From an uncultured archaeon (GTDB lineage Archaea; Asgardarchaeota; Lokiarchaeia; Sigyniarchaeales; SOKP01), in contig CAZWEM010000026.1 of assembly GCA_964632315.1 (NCBI GenBank), positions 1 to 55,610 of the forward strand: a stretch of DNA of 55,610 bases, written 5' to 3'. Shown piece after piece: positions 40,113 to 50,161 of this stretch. The notes under the pieces were generated by a model. The model did not search any database, had not been told where the DNA came from, and worked only from the letters and a program-made list of their open reading frames with translations. Position 1 is the stretch's first letter, and each line of letters starts with the position of its first letter. The translations under genes and the position numbers were made by a program.

Positions 40113-40616
40113 ATGGTTATTTCTGTAGCTATTGTTGGAGACACTCATGCGTTAAATTTTAACCAAATTCCTTTAAAATTAATTGAAATTGTAGAACAAG
40201 CAGATTGGATAATTCATACTGGAGATTTTATTAATCTTAATGTTCTAGATGGATTTTTGCAGATAAAGAATACAGAGTTCATTGGAGTTTGTGGGAATGC
40301 TGATACGTTAGACGTAGTAAACCAGTTAAATAAAGTCGAAATGATTACGATTCAAGGAACAAAAATAGGAATAACTCATCCTTTTAGAGGAGGTCCAGAT
40401 CATCTTACAAAAAAATACGTTTTCAATATCTTTCGAGGAAAAAAGCTGGACATAATTATACATGGTCATACCCATGAGATATGTGTAGAAAAAATCGGAA
40501 ATAAAATTATAATTAATCCTGGTAAAGCTTATATCGACGATTCTTCAGCTTGGTTGATATTATTATATTTAAACTATAAACCTAAAATTAAGATCTTTGA
40601 ATTTAAGCCTTCTTAA
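40113..40616 (+). CDS. YfcE/Vps29-like metallophosphoesterase
   Basis: GDTH, HTGD, GNAD, HGHTH and NPG. Confidence 0.85.
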   Translation: MVISVAIVGDTHALNFNQIPLKLIEIVEQADWIIHTGDFINLNVLDGFLQIKNTEFIGVCGNADTLDVVNQLNKVEMITIQGTKIGITHPFRGGPDHLTKKYVFNIFRGKKLDIIIHGHTHEICVEKIGNKIIINPGKAYIDDSSAWLILLYLNYKPKIKIFEFKPS

Positions 40617-41037
40617 TTTTACTAAATGATTTTTTGTAATTTTGAGGCGTTCCACCTGATTGTAGATGATTAATGTATACTTTTAGACTTTTTAAGAATA
40701 GATCAGCAGCCATATCAAGAACATCTCTTTGTTCTTCTAATTTAAACTCTGTCCAAATAGTTACTTCCGATCTCTTTTCTTTTGGACTAAAGAGATATCC
40801 AATCTTTTCCATTGGACTTCCTTCCTGTTTAGATGTCATTCTCTCGTAAGGGATGTTTTCAATTTCGATATTCGTTACTTCTCCCACATTAGTGTTCAAG
40901 AAATATTTTTTAGGGCCTAACTGTTCAATTTTATTAACGACGATATTCCAAACTGGAAGGCTCATATAATCATTTAATATATCATATATTTTTTCAATTG
41001 GAGCGTCTAAAATAATTTTTTTTTCTAAACGGGGCAT
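40603..41037 (-). CDS. SRPBCC/START-fold protein
   Basis: I.IDAPIEKIY..L.D...P.W N-terminal pattern. Confidence 0.7.
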   Translation of the reverse strand: MPRLEKKIILDAPIEKIYDILNDYMSLPVWNIVVNKIEQLGPKKYFLNTNVGEVTNIEIENIPYERMTSKQEGSPMEKIGYLFSPKEKRSEVTIWTEFKLEEQRDVLDMAADLFLKSLKVYINHLQSGGTPQNYKKSFSKIKKA

Positions 41038-41083
41038 TCTTCATCATGTAAAGTTATTCTATTTAATAAAATTTTTGATTATC

Positions 41084-42454
41084 TTAAATGATCTCTCGCA
41101 TTTTAAAAATTTTTCGTTTAATTTTTTTGATGCGAGGATCTGGTTCAGCATATATAATGTCATTTTCCATTATTTTAAGAGCTTTTTGATAATGATTAAT
41201 GGCTTTGATAAAATCCTTATTTTTTTCGGCTAATTCTGCGGTTTCCACCGCAAATTCTAATTCTATATTACGTTGCTTCTTTTCTAAATTAAACAACTTT
41301 CGAGCAGATTTTTTATTTTCTTCGTTACAAGAAAATTCACGAGAAAGAATTTGCGCTTTCTCATATTCTTTTTGGGCATCTAGATAATCTAATGAACGTT
41401 CTGCGATTTTTCCTTTTTTGATTAAACCTTTTATGAGCTCTTTTTGTTTATTTTCGTCTAAGATCTCCATTTGAATTCTCAATTCAGAAATATCATCCTC
41501 ACTAACTAACATTGCTGAAATTGGTTTAATTTTATCTGTTCTAATTTGAACTTTTTGATTTTTATCCTCCATATCATTCAATATGTTTTCTATTGGTTTT
41601 GAAATAATGACCTTTTTTTCGTAGAGTCGATAAATTTCAAATAAAAGGGTATTTGGGTCGATTTTTACGATTTTCTTCACCCGATTTAGGAGATTATTTA
41701 TGTAAAAAAACGGTTTCCTACTCAACAATTCTAATGTTAGATCATATATTGCCTTTTGGATTGTATTCTCATTTATTTGATCCATTACTTCTGGGGGGAT
41801 TGCATGAGCCAATGTCATAGGAAAGACTAAATCAATGTTGAAATTAGCAATAACGTGATCATGCATTCCTTTATTGTCAAATAATCCCGTTTCTCGAAGA
41901 GATTGGAATTTTTCTTCAAATTCTCCTTCAAATGATGCTATAAATTGTTCCATATTGTTTCTCATATACATTGAAGCCTTATGGTCCAGAATGATACATA
42001 CTCTAACGTAATCTCCATCTCTTAAAAGGATATTAAAATTCTCATATTGAAATTCAAAAAAAGGTGTTTTTTCTGAGGGATCATTATTTCCAGAAACCTC
42101 GTTTGACTCTGAGAATGTTATATTCGCTTGAATGAAACCACTCAAAAGATCCACATCAATACTAGAAGCAGATACTGGAGAATTTAACAGGACTAATCCA
42201 GTTTCTTTTTCCATTATTATGACATGTTTGATGTTCAAAACATCTAAAAATTTTTGCCAAATAGCTTCCTTTTCAATTTCCACACGTTTTTCATCCGAGA
42301 CTACTCTAAAAATTGTAAGATCTGACGTAGGTTCAAAACCTAAATTCTTTAAAATATTAATTAAGCATTTCTTACATGAAAGTGAATTATTTGGACAATT
42401 GTCTCTTTCATTTTGGCAATTAAAACCAAGACCATTAATAATAAAAAAACCCAT
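41084..42454 (-). CDS. Longin/roadblock-like domain protein with an N-terminal Cys cluster and C-terminal TPR-like helices
   Basis: HVIIMEKETGLVL...DVDLLSGFIQA pattern typical of Asgard longin-like domains; AEKNKDFIKAINHYQKAL TPR-like. Confidence 0.7.
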   Translation of the reverse strand: MGFFIINGLGFNCQNERDNCPNNSLSCKKCLINILKNLGFEPTSDLTIFRVVSDEKRVEIEKEAIWQKFLDVLNIKHVIIMEKETGLVLLNSPVSASSIDVDLLSGFIQANITFSESNEVSGNNDPSEKTPFFEFQYENFNILLRDGDYVRVCIILDHKASMYMRNNMEQFIASFEGEFEEKFQSLRETGLFDNKGMHDHVIANFNIDLVFPMTLAHAIPPEVMDQINENTIQKAIYDLTLELLSRKPFFYINNLLNRVKKIVKIDPNTLLFEIYRLYEKKVIISKPIENILNDMEDKNQKVQIRTDKIKPISAMLVSEDDISELRIQMEILDENKQKELIKGLIKKGKIAERSLDYLDAQKEYEKAQILSREFSCNEENKKSARKLFNLEKKQRNIELEFAVETAELAEKNKDFIKAINHYQKALKIMENDIIYAEPDPRIKKIKRKIFKMREII

Positions 42455-42661
42455 AGAAAACCCTTAAACCCTTGGTAATAGTATAATAAAATTACTGATA
42501 TATTAAATTAACATTTTAAAGCCTTCAATTAATAGAAAATCTAACAAAAAGAAAAGATGAGATTTAAATGCAATTTGAAACATAAATTCGAGTTTTTTAG
42601 AGGATTTTATATAAATTAGTTATAACAATCATATATAATTTTATTAAAATTCAGTAAATTC

Positions 42662-43498
42662 GTGGATATAATGGATGCTAAAAAGAGAAAATTTAAACTA
42701 TATCTATTAAGTACTTCAACATTTTTAACGATATTGTTTCTTATTTTGTATGGTGTATTTTGGGCCCCCATAGAATATGCTTTATTTAATATACAGGACA
42801 TTTGGTTATCAGTTATAGCAAGTGTTATTCGTATAGTAATATTAGCGATAATGAGTATTATCCTTTTTAATAAATGGTTTAAACAAGAAGCAATATTCAC
42901 CTCTGATGCTTATTTCTTGTTTGCACTTTTTTTTATGGTATTAACTGTAGGTAAGGTTTATGATCTATTCTATAATTTGATCTTGATAAGCAATCTATTC
43001 GATGATATTGTTCTTCTGTTTCTGGTTAAAATTAGATTTTTAATTATCACGATCAATATTTTACCAGTACTTTATTTAGGATTACAAGCAACTATAACTC
43101 TTGGTAGTGTATACATCAAAGAATTAACAAAGGAGCAATTTAATAAAATTAGATTATGGATTGTAATTTTATTTTTACTGTTGATTTCGATTATTATCAT
43201 TATCGCTCCTGAAATCACGTTTCTTATTCGAGTATTACCTTATCTAACTTTTGCTATTTTCATCGCTCTTGCGATCATGTTTTTATTCATGTATAAAAAC
43301 AAACATTTATCTCAAGCTAATGGGTTAATTATCGGAATAGCCTTTTTTGCTTTTATTGGAAGTAATATCTTTCGATCAATTGTCTCAGTAGATGCTATGA
43401 ATGAACCTTCTATTCTTTTAGTTATTGAGGGGTTGGATATAATTGTAAATACCATGATGTTCATTGGGTTTATTCGAAAGCCAAAATATGCGAGATGA
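42662..43498 (+). CDS. Polytopic membrane protein
   Basis: About 8 hydrophobic helices. Confidence 0.75.
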   Translation: MDIMDAKKRKFKLYLLSTSTFLTILFLILYGVFWAPIEYALFNIQDIWLSVIASVIRIVILAIMSIILFNKWFKQEAIFTSDAYFLFALFFMVLTVGKVYDLFYNLILISNLFDDIVLLFLVKIRFLIITINILPVLYLGLQATITLGSVYIKELTKEQFNKIRLWIVILFLLLISIIIIIAPEITFLIRVLPYLTFAIFIALAIMFLFMYKNKHLSQANGLIIGIAFFAFIGSNIFRSIVSVDAMNEPSILLVIEGLDIIVNTMMFIGFIRKPKYAR

Positions 43499-43512
43499 TT
43501 TAGGGAGGACTC

Positions 43513-44211
43513 ATGATCGAATTGAAATATTGGCATGGTTTATCGTTTAAATTCTTAATTTTTGGAATGGTTCAATATATCATCTTAACCTCTATTGCAA
43601 TGATCTTCTATTCTGGTGGAACACTTGCCGATCCCCTTAATCAGGGATATCACTTTTGGGGAAACTTATTTAGCGATTTGGGACGAATAATTGCAATTTC
43701 GGGCGAACCTAATACAATATCATTTATTCTCTTCACCATAACAGCACTAATTTTTGCATTCTCATTCATCCCATTCTTATTGGCATTACCTAAATTTTTC
43801 ACAGGTGGAAACTTGCGATATAAATTAATCTTAATTGGAACTGGATTTGGATTGCTATCAATAGCATCTCTCTTAGGAACCATATTAACCCCTTGGGATC
43901 GTTTCCATAATCTCCATTTAATGTTCTCAAACTTGTTTAACATTATGGGTAGTTTAGTAGTATTATTTTATGCTGTGGCCATCCTTTATAATGAGGATTA
44001 TCCTAATCTTTATGCCTATATTTATGTTATAATTTTGATTTTTGGCGTAGTTTATACTTTCACTTTGCTACTTCTACCAAAAGTGGTTTCAGTTGAAGTA
44101 ATAACTGTACAAGCAACGATGCAGAAAATTTCTCAATATTCTTTTATTTCTTGCTTTATAATTCAAGGTTATGGTGCGTTGAGCCTTGAAAAAATTAAAA
44201 GCAAATATTAA
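43513..44211 (+). CDS. DUF998-like membrane protein
   Basis: Y.GGT...GY.FW.N.FSDLG motif plus TM helices. Confidence 0.7.
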   Translation: MIELKYWHGLSFKFLIFGMVQYIILTSIAMIFYSGGTLADPLNQGYHFWGNLFSDLGRIIAISGEPNTISFILFTITALIFAFSFIPFLLALPKFFTGGNLRYKLILIGTGFGLLSIASLLGTILTPWDRFHNLHLMFSNLFNIMGSLVVLFYAVAILYNEDYPNLYAYIYVIILIFGVVYTFTLLLLPKVVSVEVITVQATMQKISQYSFISCFIIQGYGALSLEKIKSKY

Positions 44212-44267
44212 GCTCTTAATAGTGGCATTTTAAAAATCATTATTTTTTATTTTTATTGGAATCTAAC

Positions 44268-44417
44268 ATGGAGTTTTTTCCTATATCTTCTAAAGAAGAT
44301 CTAATAAAGCATTTGGACTTCATTAACAGTTTAGATCTGAAACCAAGCGAAAATGAGTATTTGAAACTATTTAAAGTGGTTGATTATCCAAAACACGACA
44401 ATTTCAAAGATTTTTAA
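44268..44417 (+). CDS. Possible small ORF or gene fragment (49 aa)
   Basis: MEFFPISSKEDLIKHLDF...KDF*; below the ORF-track cutoff and no family recognised. Confidence 0.3.
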   Translation: MEFFPISSKEDLIKHLDFINSLDLKPSENEYLKLFKVVDYPKHDNFKDF

Positions 44418-44636
44418 ATTTTGATATTTTTGAATAGGTAATAATCTAGGAAAAAGATTATAGGTGTTATCGATTCAACTATTTTCTTGTATTGTTAGTA
44501 TCAATATTTCACACATAGATATTATTCATCATCAAATTCCCCATTAATTGATTTATTCAAAAACATTATTAAGCTAATTCTCTATGATAAACTTGTACAA
44601 ATCCAAAAAACATTAATATAAGGTAGGGTTTTTTGC

Positions 44637-45948
44637 TTGAAGAGGCATTATAGAAAGTGCTTAGTATTAACGGTAGCAATATTTAATTTCTTAGTTTTTC
44701 CATCTTGTTGCTTGTCTATTCCTCAAAAGGAGTTGGGACCAAATGATTGGTATCGAGTTTATTCCAGCCCTAAAATTGATCATTGCTCTGATATGATTTT
44801 GGATCCTGCAAATAATTTATATCTTACTGGTTATGCTTTCTTTCCTCGAAATCCTCTAGATTATGATCTTAATTAAGTATGATAATGATACCGATTCATT
44901 CATTTCTAATAACTGGAACTCAAGTAGTTATGATGTTGCTTGTGAAATGGCATTAGATTCTTTAAATAATATCTATTTAGCTGGAGTATCAGGTAATTTT
45001 AATAAGACTGTTTTTACTTTGGTAAAATTTGACAATAATCTAAATTATCGATGGAATACAACATTTGGTCCTTATGTAGATAATCGATGTTATTGTATTG
45101 CAATTGATTCTCAAGATAACATTTACTTAGGCGGTAATATTCAGAAAGAAGATGGAGATTTAGAAATCTGTTTAGTAAAGTATAATTCTTCTGGAATTCT
45201 CCAATGGTATAAATTATGGTCTAACTTTACACACAATTACTGCTTTGCCTTAACAATTGATTCCTCAGATAATGTCTATCTCACCGGACGAACACGTGAT
45301 CTTCATTTTACAAGAGATGATCTCTGCCTGTTAAAATATAATAGTTCTGGTAATTTATTATGGTCGAGGTTACATGATGCTCCAACATATGAAATAGGTT
45401 TAGGAATTGCGATAGATTCTCAAGATGATGTATTTATCGTTGGTCAGACAAATTCTGATGAGCCATCGACGGGTATCGAGACTTTCCTAATTAAATATAG
45501 TAAGGATGGGGTTTTTGAATGGAGAGAAATTTTTAAAGGGGATTTTTATTGTTACTCTACTGATTTAGCAATAGATTCCAAGGATAATATCTATTTAGCT
45601 GGCGAAACTATACTTTCTACTAGTAACGGTCCAAGTATCTCCGTGATTAAATATGACAATAATGGATCCCTCCAATGGCATAGAGACTGGGGGGAACCCC
45701 ATATCGAAGACTGTAGTGCTATAGCAATAGATTCAATGAATAATATTTTTATTGCTGGAGATATTTCAGCTTATGAGTATCACGTTGAAGGAATGTTTAT
45801 CGTGAAAAATCCCCAAACCATTACGAATTCTGTTATCATAGATGCATATCCTGTTTATCTAATTTTAATGTTCATAATAATGGAAATTTTATCAATAATT
45901 TATACGATTTCCAAAAAAATACAACCATCTAATAAAAAGAAGTTCTAA
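44637..45948 (+). pseudogene. SBBP-repeat beta-propeller surface protein with Loki-CTERM-like tail, frameshifted near 44863
   Basis: Repeated IAIDS.DNIYL.G ... LIKY.S.G...W units span two overlapping ORFs; signal-like N-terminus; C-terminal IDAY + TM + KK. Confidence 0.8.
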
Positions 45949-45959
45949 AGCGAATTAAA

Positions 45960-46363
45960 ATGGAAGAATTCCCTCAATATGTAAAAAAAATTTTCCATTC
46001 TTGTTTTCACCTCATCAATTTCGAATAATTAAATCATAATCATCCAATAGTTTTTGTAATGCATTGGTAATTCTCGAAAAAGAAAATTTGTTAATAAGAG
46101 TTGTTAAAGACCGAGATCAGATCTTTATAGATTTTCAATCATTGAGTAAAAAAGGCAAGCTTAATTGGTTTTCGATCGATATTGTCAAGCAAATGATAAC
46201 GGGTAAAATAGAACCTTCTGCAGAAATGAATCCCAGAAACATTGAATTTTTAAAAAATAACCTTGATAAAATTAAACAAATTTTTTCTAAGGAAAATACA
46301 TCAGAAACTATAAAGAAATTAAAAAAATTAGAAAGTGATCGCGCAAAACGATTATTTCCATAA
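45960..46363 (+). pseudogene. Hypothetical protein with a poly-A frameshift and an in-frame TAA (46037-46039)
   Basis: Adding one A to the A8 run joins MEEFPQYVKK to NFPFLFSPHQFRIIKS*SSNSF and into ORF 46064. Confidence 0.55.
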
Positions 46364-46413
46364 TCAATTTGATTTTTTAAAAAAATTAAAATAAAATTTT
46401 TATTAATTAATCT

Positions 46414-46821
46414 TTAACTAGTCTCTACTAAAGCTAATTGATTTGTTTCCATCATATTGGTTTCATTTTGGATTGGCGTAAGCATATTTTTTATATCTCC
46501 ATCACAGGATTGAAACCTACTCTTAAGTTCTAGGAGTACTTCTCTCATTTGACATTTTCTATCATCATTCTCTTGGACTCTCACTTCACTTCTTATCCTC
46601 TTTATTGGTGAGACTTCAGTAGAGATAACTTGATTAACTCTTAATTCATTTAAAAGTTTCTTTAAAGTTTTTATTTCTATCTTTAAAAAATTAACTTCCT
46701 CTTCTAAATTAACATGATTTTCTTGATTCTTAATCTTATTATAACACGTGGGACCATATCCTAATTTGATACTTCTGGTGGCTTTCAAAACTCTCCCACA
46801 TCTTTTACACAAAACTACCAT
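46414..46821 (-). CDS. DUF6011-like zinc-binding protein with coiled coil
   Basis: CKRCGRVL...SIKLGYGPTC. Confidence 0.75.
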   Translation of the reverse strand: MVVLCKRCGRVLKATRSIKLGYGPTCYNKIKNQENHVNLEEEVNFLKIEIKTLKKLLNELRVNQVISTEVSPIKRIRSEVRVQENDDRKCQMREVLLELKSRFQSCDGDIKNMLTPIQNETNMMETNQLALVETS

Positions 46822-47015
46822 TTTTACCTCACTTTTTTATTCAGAGGGTTTTTCTTTTTCCTATTTTAATCATAATGACAATTCACTAATTTAAAATTAA
46901 GGTATTTCTCAAAAAATTTAACTCCGAGGGTAATGATACTTCTCCTTATAATACCCGTTTTTTGAGCGTAAGGATTTTATAAAAAATTTATATGTCAATT
47001 TTCTCTTTTTGAATT

Positions 47016-47552
47016 ATGGACGTTATAGGTATAGTGGGTTCTCCTCGAATAGGAGGTAATACTGATATTTTAGTGGATGAGGTGTTGGCTGGCGCTAAAG
47101 AAGCAGGTGCGTCGGTAGAAAAGGTGATTTTAAATAAGTTAGAGATAAAACCTTGTCAAGCGTGTAATAGTTGTTATAAAATGGGTTTTTGCATGCAAAA
47201 AGATGACATGGAAGATTTAATGAACAAGTTGTTAGAGAACGAGGTTTGGATATTAGGCACTCCTATCTATTGGTGGGGGCCAAGCGCTCAATTTAAAGTG
47301 TTTCTAGATCGATGGTATCAGCCAAAACATCAGGAGTTCAAGAATAAACGGGTAGTTATGGTTATTCCATTAGGAGGAGGCCATATTAGATATGCTCGCC
47401 ATACAGTTGGATTACTTAAGGATATTTTTGATTATTTAAGCATGGAATTAGTTGATATGATTCTTGCTCCAGGATTTAATAAACGTGGTGAAGTACGTAA
47501 TGATACAAGCCTCATAAATAAAGCACATGCGATTGGAAGGAGTATAATTTGA
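47016..47552 (+). CDS. Iron-sulfur flavoprotein (flavodoxin family)
   Basis: GSPR..GNT, CQACNSC....C..KDD, TPIYW and K.F.DR. Confidence 0.9.
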   Translation: MDVIGIVGSPRIGGNTDILVDEVLAGAKEAGASVEKVILNKLEIKPCQACNSCYKMGFCMQKDDMEDLMNKLLENEVWILGTPIYWWGPSAQFKVFLDRWYQPKHQEFKNKRVVMVIPLGGGHIRYARHTVGLLKDIFDYLSMELVDMILAPGFNKRGEVRNDTSLINKAHAIGRSII

Positions 47553-47676
47553 TTTGATTACAACGTAATTCATTTGATGTTGTCTTCCCGGAAATGGATA
47601 AATTTTTAAATTTTTTATCTTAATAGATTTAATCATACGATTTTGCATCTAAAACCGTCATATTCGATGGAGTTTG

Positions 47677-48216
47677 CTATGTTTTTTTAAGGAATTCTAA
47701 TATCGGATTAAAGAAGGTCGTATAAATTTCTACCAACTTTTCTAAGCTTATATTAAATGTTTTTGCAATAATCTCCTTATTAGGTAAGCTCCAAGTACTA
47801 TTAGATTCCACTAAAATTTTATTGGTCATATCTTTAATATGAGCATGAATTATTACATGGTTATCCTCGTATGAACCAACCATCCCTTCTACCATGATAT
47901 CAGTGCCAACGTAGACCGGTTTGAGATAATTTAGACTAAAATTTTGAGTCATTCCAAACTTCTTTGTATTTATCCATATCGTCCATGCGGAGATTTCATC
48001 AAGTAAAGTAGCAATAATTCCCCCATGCCCTAAACCTTCGAATCCACTATATTTTGGAGGAATAATATATGGTGAAAATACGATTCCATCAAGATTCCAA
48101 AACTGGAGTTTCAATCCAGTAGGATTTACGCAAGCGAAACAATTACCAGAATAATGATTTGGAATGGGAGGGTTATTGATGGTAAAATTCTTCAATTCTT
48201 CTGCTGTATGTGTCAT
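47677..48216 (-). CDS. PaaI-family thioesterase
   Basis: CFAC.NP.GL and HGGIIATLLDE. Confidence 0.88.
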   Translation of the reverse strand: MTHTAEELKNFTINNPPIPNHYSGNCFACVNPTGLKLQFWNLDGIVFSPYIIPPKYSGFEGLGHGGIIATLLDEISAWTIWINTKKFGMTQNFSLNYLKPVYVGTDIMVEGMVGSYEDNHVIIHAHIKDMTNKILVESNSTWSLPNKEIIAKTFNISLEKLVEIYTTFFNPILEFLKKT

Positions 48217-48441
48217 AATAACTAAATAATTTTTATAGGAATAAGATAGTAATAATTTTATAAACTCTCTGTCTATAAATTCTCAATTTTTTTCAATTGA
48301 TTGTTAAATATTGAAACGCAGCCGTCAAGATAGCTTCTTTTATGGTTATAACCACAATAATTAAATATTTGGCTTTTTGATATTGTTCATATATTTTTAA
48401 GAATTTAATCATTCTCTTATCAAATTTAATTAAGGGTTCGA

Positions 48442-49290
48442 ATGAAAATGGGTAAAATGAACATTTACAAAGAAGATTTTCCAGCTAACCCTTTAAATAA
48501 ACTAGGATATACTTTAGTCTTTAATGATGAATTTGAGGGACCTAATCTCGATCTTAATAAGTGGATCCCATATTATTTACCTCATTGGAGTTCAAGAGAA
48601 CAATCAAAAGCAAGCTATGTTTTGAAGGATGGAAAGCTGGTGCTACAGATTACAAAAAATCAACAACCATGGTGCCCTGAGTTTGATAGAGAGGTGAGAT
48701 GTTCCTCAATTCAAACCGGAGAATTTGCTGGAGACCTTGGAAGTCGATTAGGACAACATAGATTCAGTAATAATTTAATTGTTAGAGAAATTCAGGAAAA
48801 TACTAGAAAATTTACGCCACAATACGGTTATTTTGAACTTAGAGCAAAAGGACTCAATACAAGCCCAAATCACGTTGCTTTATGGATGATAGGCTACGAA
48901 GATTCCCCTGAAAAATCGTCAGAGATCGCAATCTTTGAACTCGTTGGGTCTCACACAAGTTTAGAATCCTCGGGTGTTCGATATGGTGTACATCCTTGGG
49001 GGGATTCTAATATTCAAGATGAATTCTATGAGGATTTTTTCGACATCTACACTGCTCAGTACCATCTCTATGGATTAGAATGGACTCCAGATCATTTAGA
49101 TTTTTATATCGATAATCAAAAGACTCGTACAATAAATCAATCACCTCAATACCCCATGCAATTTTTGCTTAGTATATTCGAGCATAGATTTGAAGGCGCG
49201 TGGACAGGTAAATATGATCCGAATGCTCCTTATCCAAAAACGTTCACATTAGATTACTTTCGAGCTTATCAACCTATTGAGGGTTATTAG
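48442..49290 (+). CDS. Glycoside hydrolase family 16 protein
   Basis: LVFNDEF.G, YGYFELRAK, ALWM, EIAIFE and YH.YGLEWTP. Confidence 0.85.
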   Translation: MKMGKMNIYKEDFPANPLNKLGYTLVFNDEFEGPNLDLNKWIPYYLPHWSSREQSKASYVLKDGKLVLQITKNQQPWCPEFDREVRCSSIQTGEFAGDLGSRLGQHRFSNNLIVREIQENTRKFTPQYGYFELRAKGLNTSPNHVALWMIGYEDSPEKSSEIAIFELVGSHTSLESSGVRYGVHPWGDSNIQDEFYEDFFDIYTAQYHLYGLEWTPDHLDFYIDNQKTRTINQSPQYPMQFLLSIFEHRFEGAWTGKYDPNAPYPKTFTLDYFRAYQPIEGY

Positions 49291-49343
49291 AAGTAATAAT
49301 ATTGGTATAAGGTTATTTAAAGGTTTGTTAGTATAGCATAAAT

Positions 49344-49943
49344 TTACGTACAAACATAATTAAACCGAATTAATTTCCATTTTTTAAATGCCATTTGATA
49401 TTCAATTTCCATAATGCCACATGTATCTACTTGAAATTCCCATCGTCGATACACCGGAATCTCAAATATGTAACACATTAACAATCGAATTAGTCCATCA
49501 TGGCTAACTATAATTAAATCCTCATTGGATAGTTGCTTATCCTTGAAAAATGACTCGATCCGTTTTCGGGCTTCTTCTCCACTCTCTCCTTCAGGAAATT
49601 GAAAATCACTATCCCTCTCTTGAAAAGCTCTCCAAACTTCAGGATAACGTTGCTGTAATGTTTTTTCTGACATTCCTTCAATTAACCCATTATCAATTTC
49701 GTTTAGACGACTATCAATAATAGGTGATAGCTCCATTTTTTCAGCGATATATTTTATTGTTTGTTCAGTTCGTATGTACTCACTGATATAAATTCGATCA
49801 ATTGACTTATCTGAGAAGTATGAAAATAATTTCCGTGCTCTTAAAAGTCCTTTCTCACTTATTGGTGGATCTTGATGCTTTAACTTAGGGTTATAGAAGT
49901 CCCCTTCCTCTTTATCACTATGCCGAATGATGTACCATTTCAT
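49344..49943 (-). CDS. Histidine phosphatase family protein
   Basis: IIRHS, S.Y.RT.QT, RLNEID.G, PEGES and VSHDG. Confidence 0.88.
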   Translation of the reverse strand: MKWYIIRHSDKEEGDFYNPKLKHQDPPISEKGLLRARKLFSYFSDKSIDRIYISEYIRTEQTIKYIAEKMELSPIIDSRLNEIDNGLIEGMSEKTLQQRYPEVWRAFQERDSDFQFPEGESGEEARKRIESFFKDKQLSNEDLIIVSHDGLIRLLMCYIFEIPVYRRWEFQVDTCGIMEIEYQMAFKKWKLIRFNYVCT

Positions 49944-50161
49944 ATTAAAACCTAATTTTTATTTATTCATCAAGTAATATCCAATAAATTCCTTAAATCT
50001 GTCAAAATATAATTAAACAATCGTTAAGTAATTTTCATGATGAATGATAATGACTTTCACATACATAGAAATTCACATTAAATAAAAAGAAGGAAAATAT
50101 AGTTCTGAAGCGAATCTGGAACAAGGATTAAAATAAATAATTTCTGATAAAAAGGCTAAAA

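Noticed and set aside
50037-50108. Possible box C/D sRNA (ATGATGA ... CTGA)
   Set aside because: No clear C'/D' boxes, terminal stem or guide complementarity; such motifs are expected by chance in AT-rich DNA
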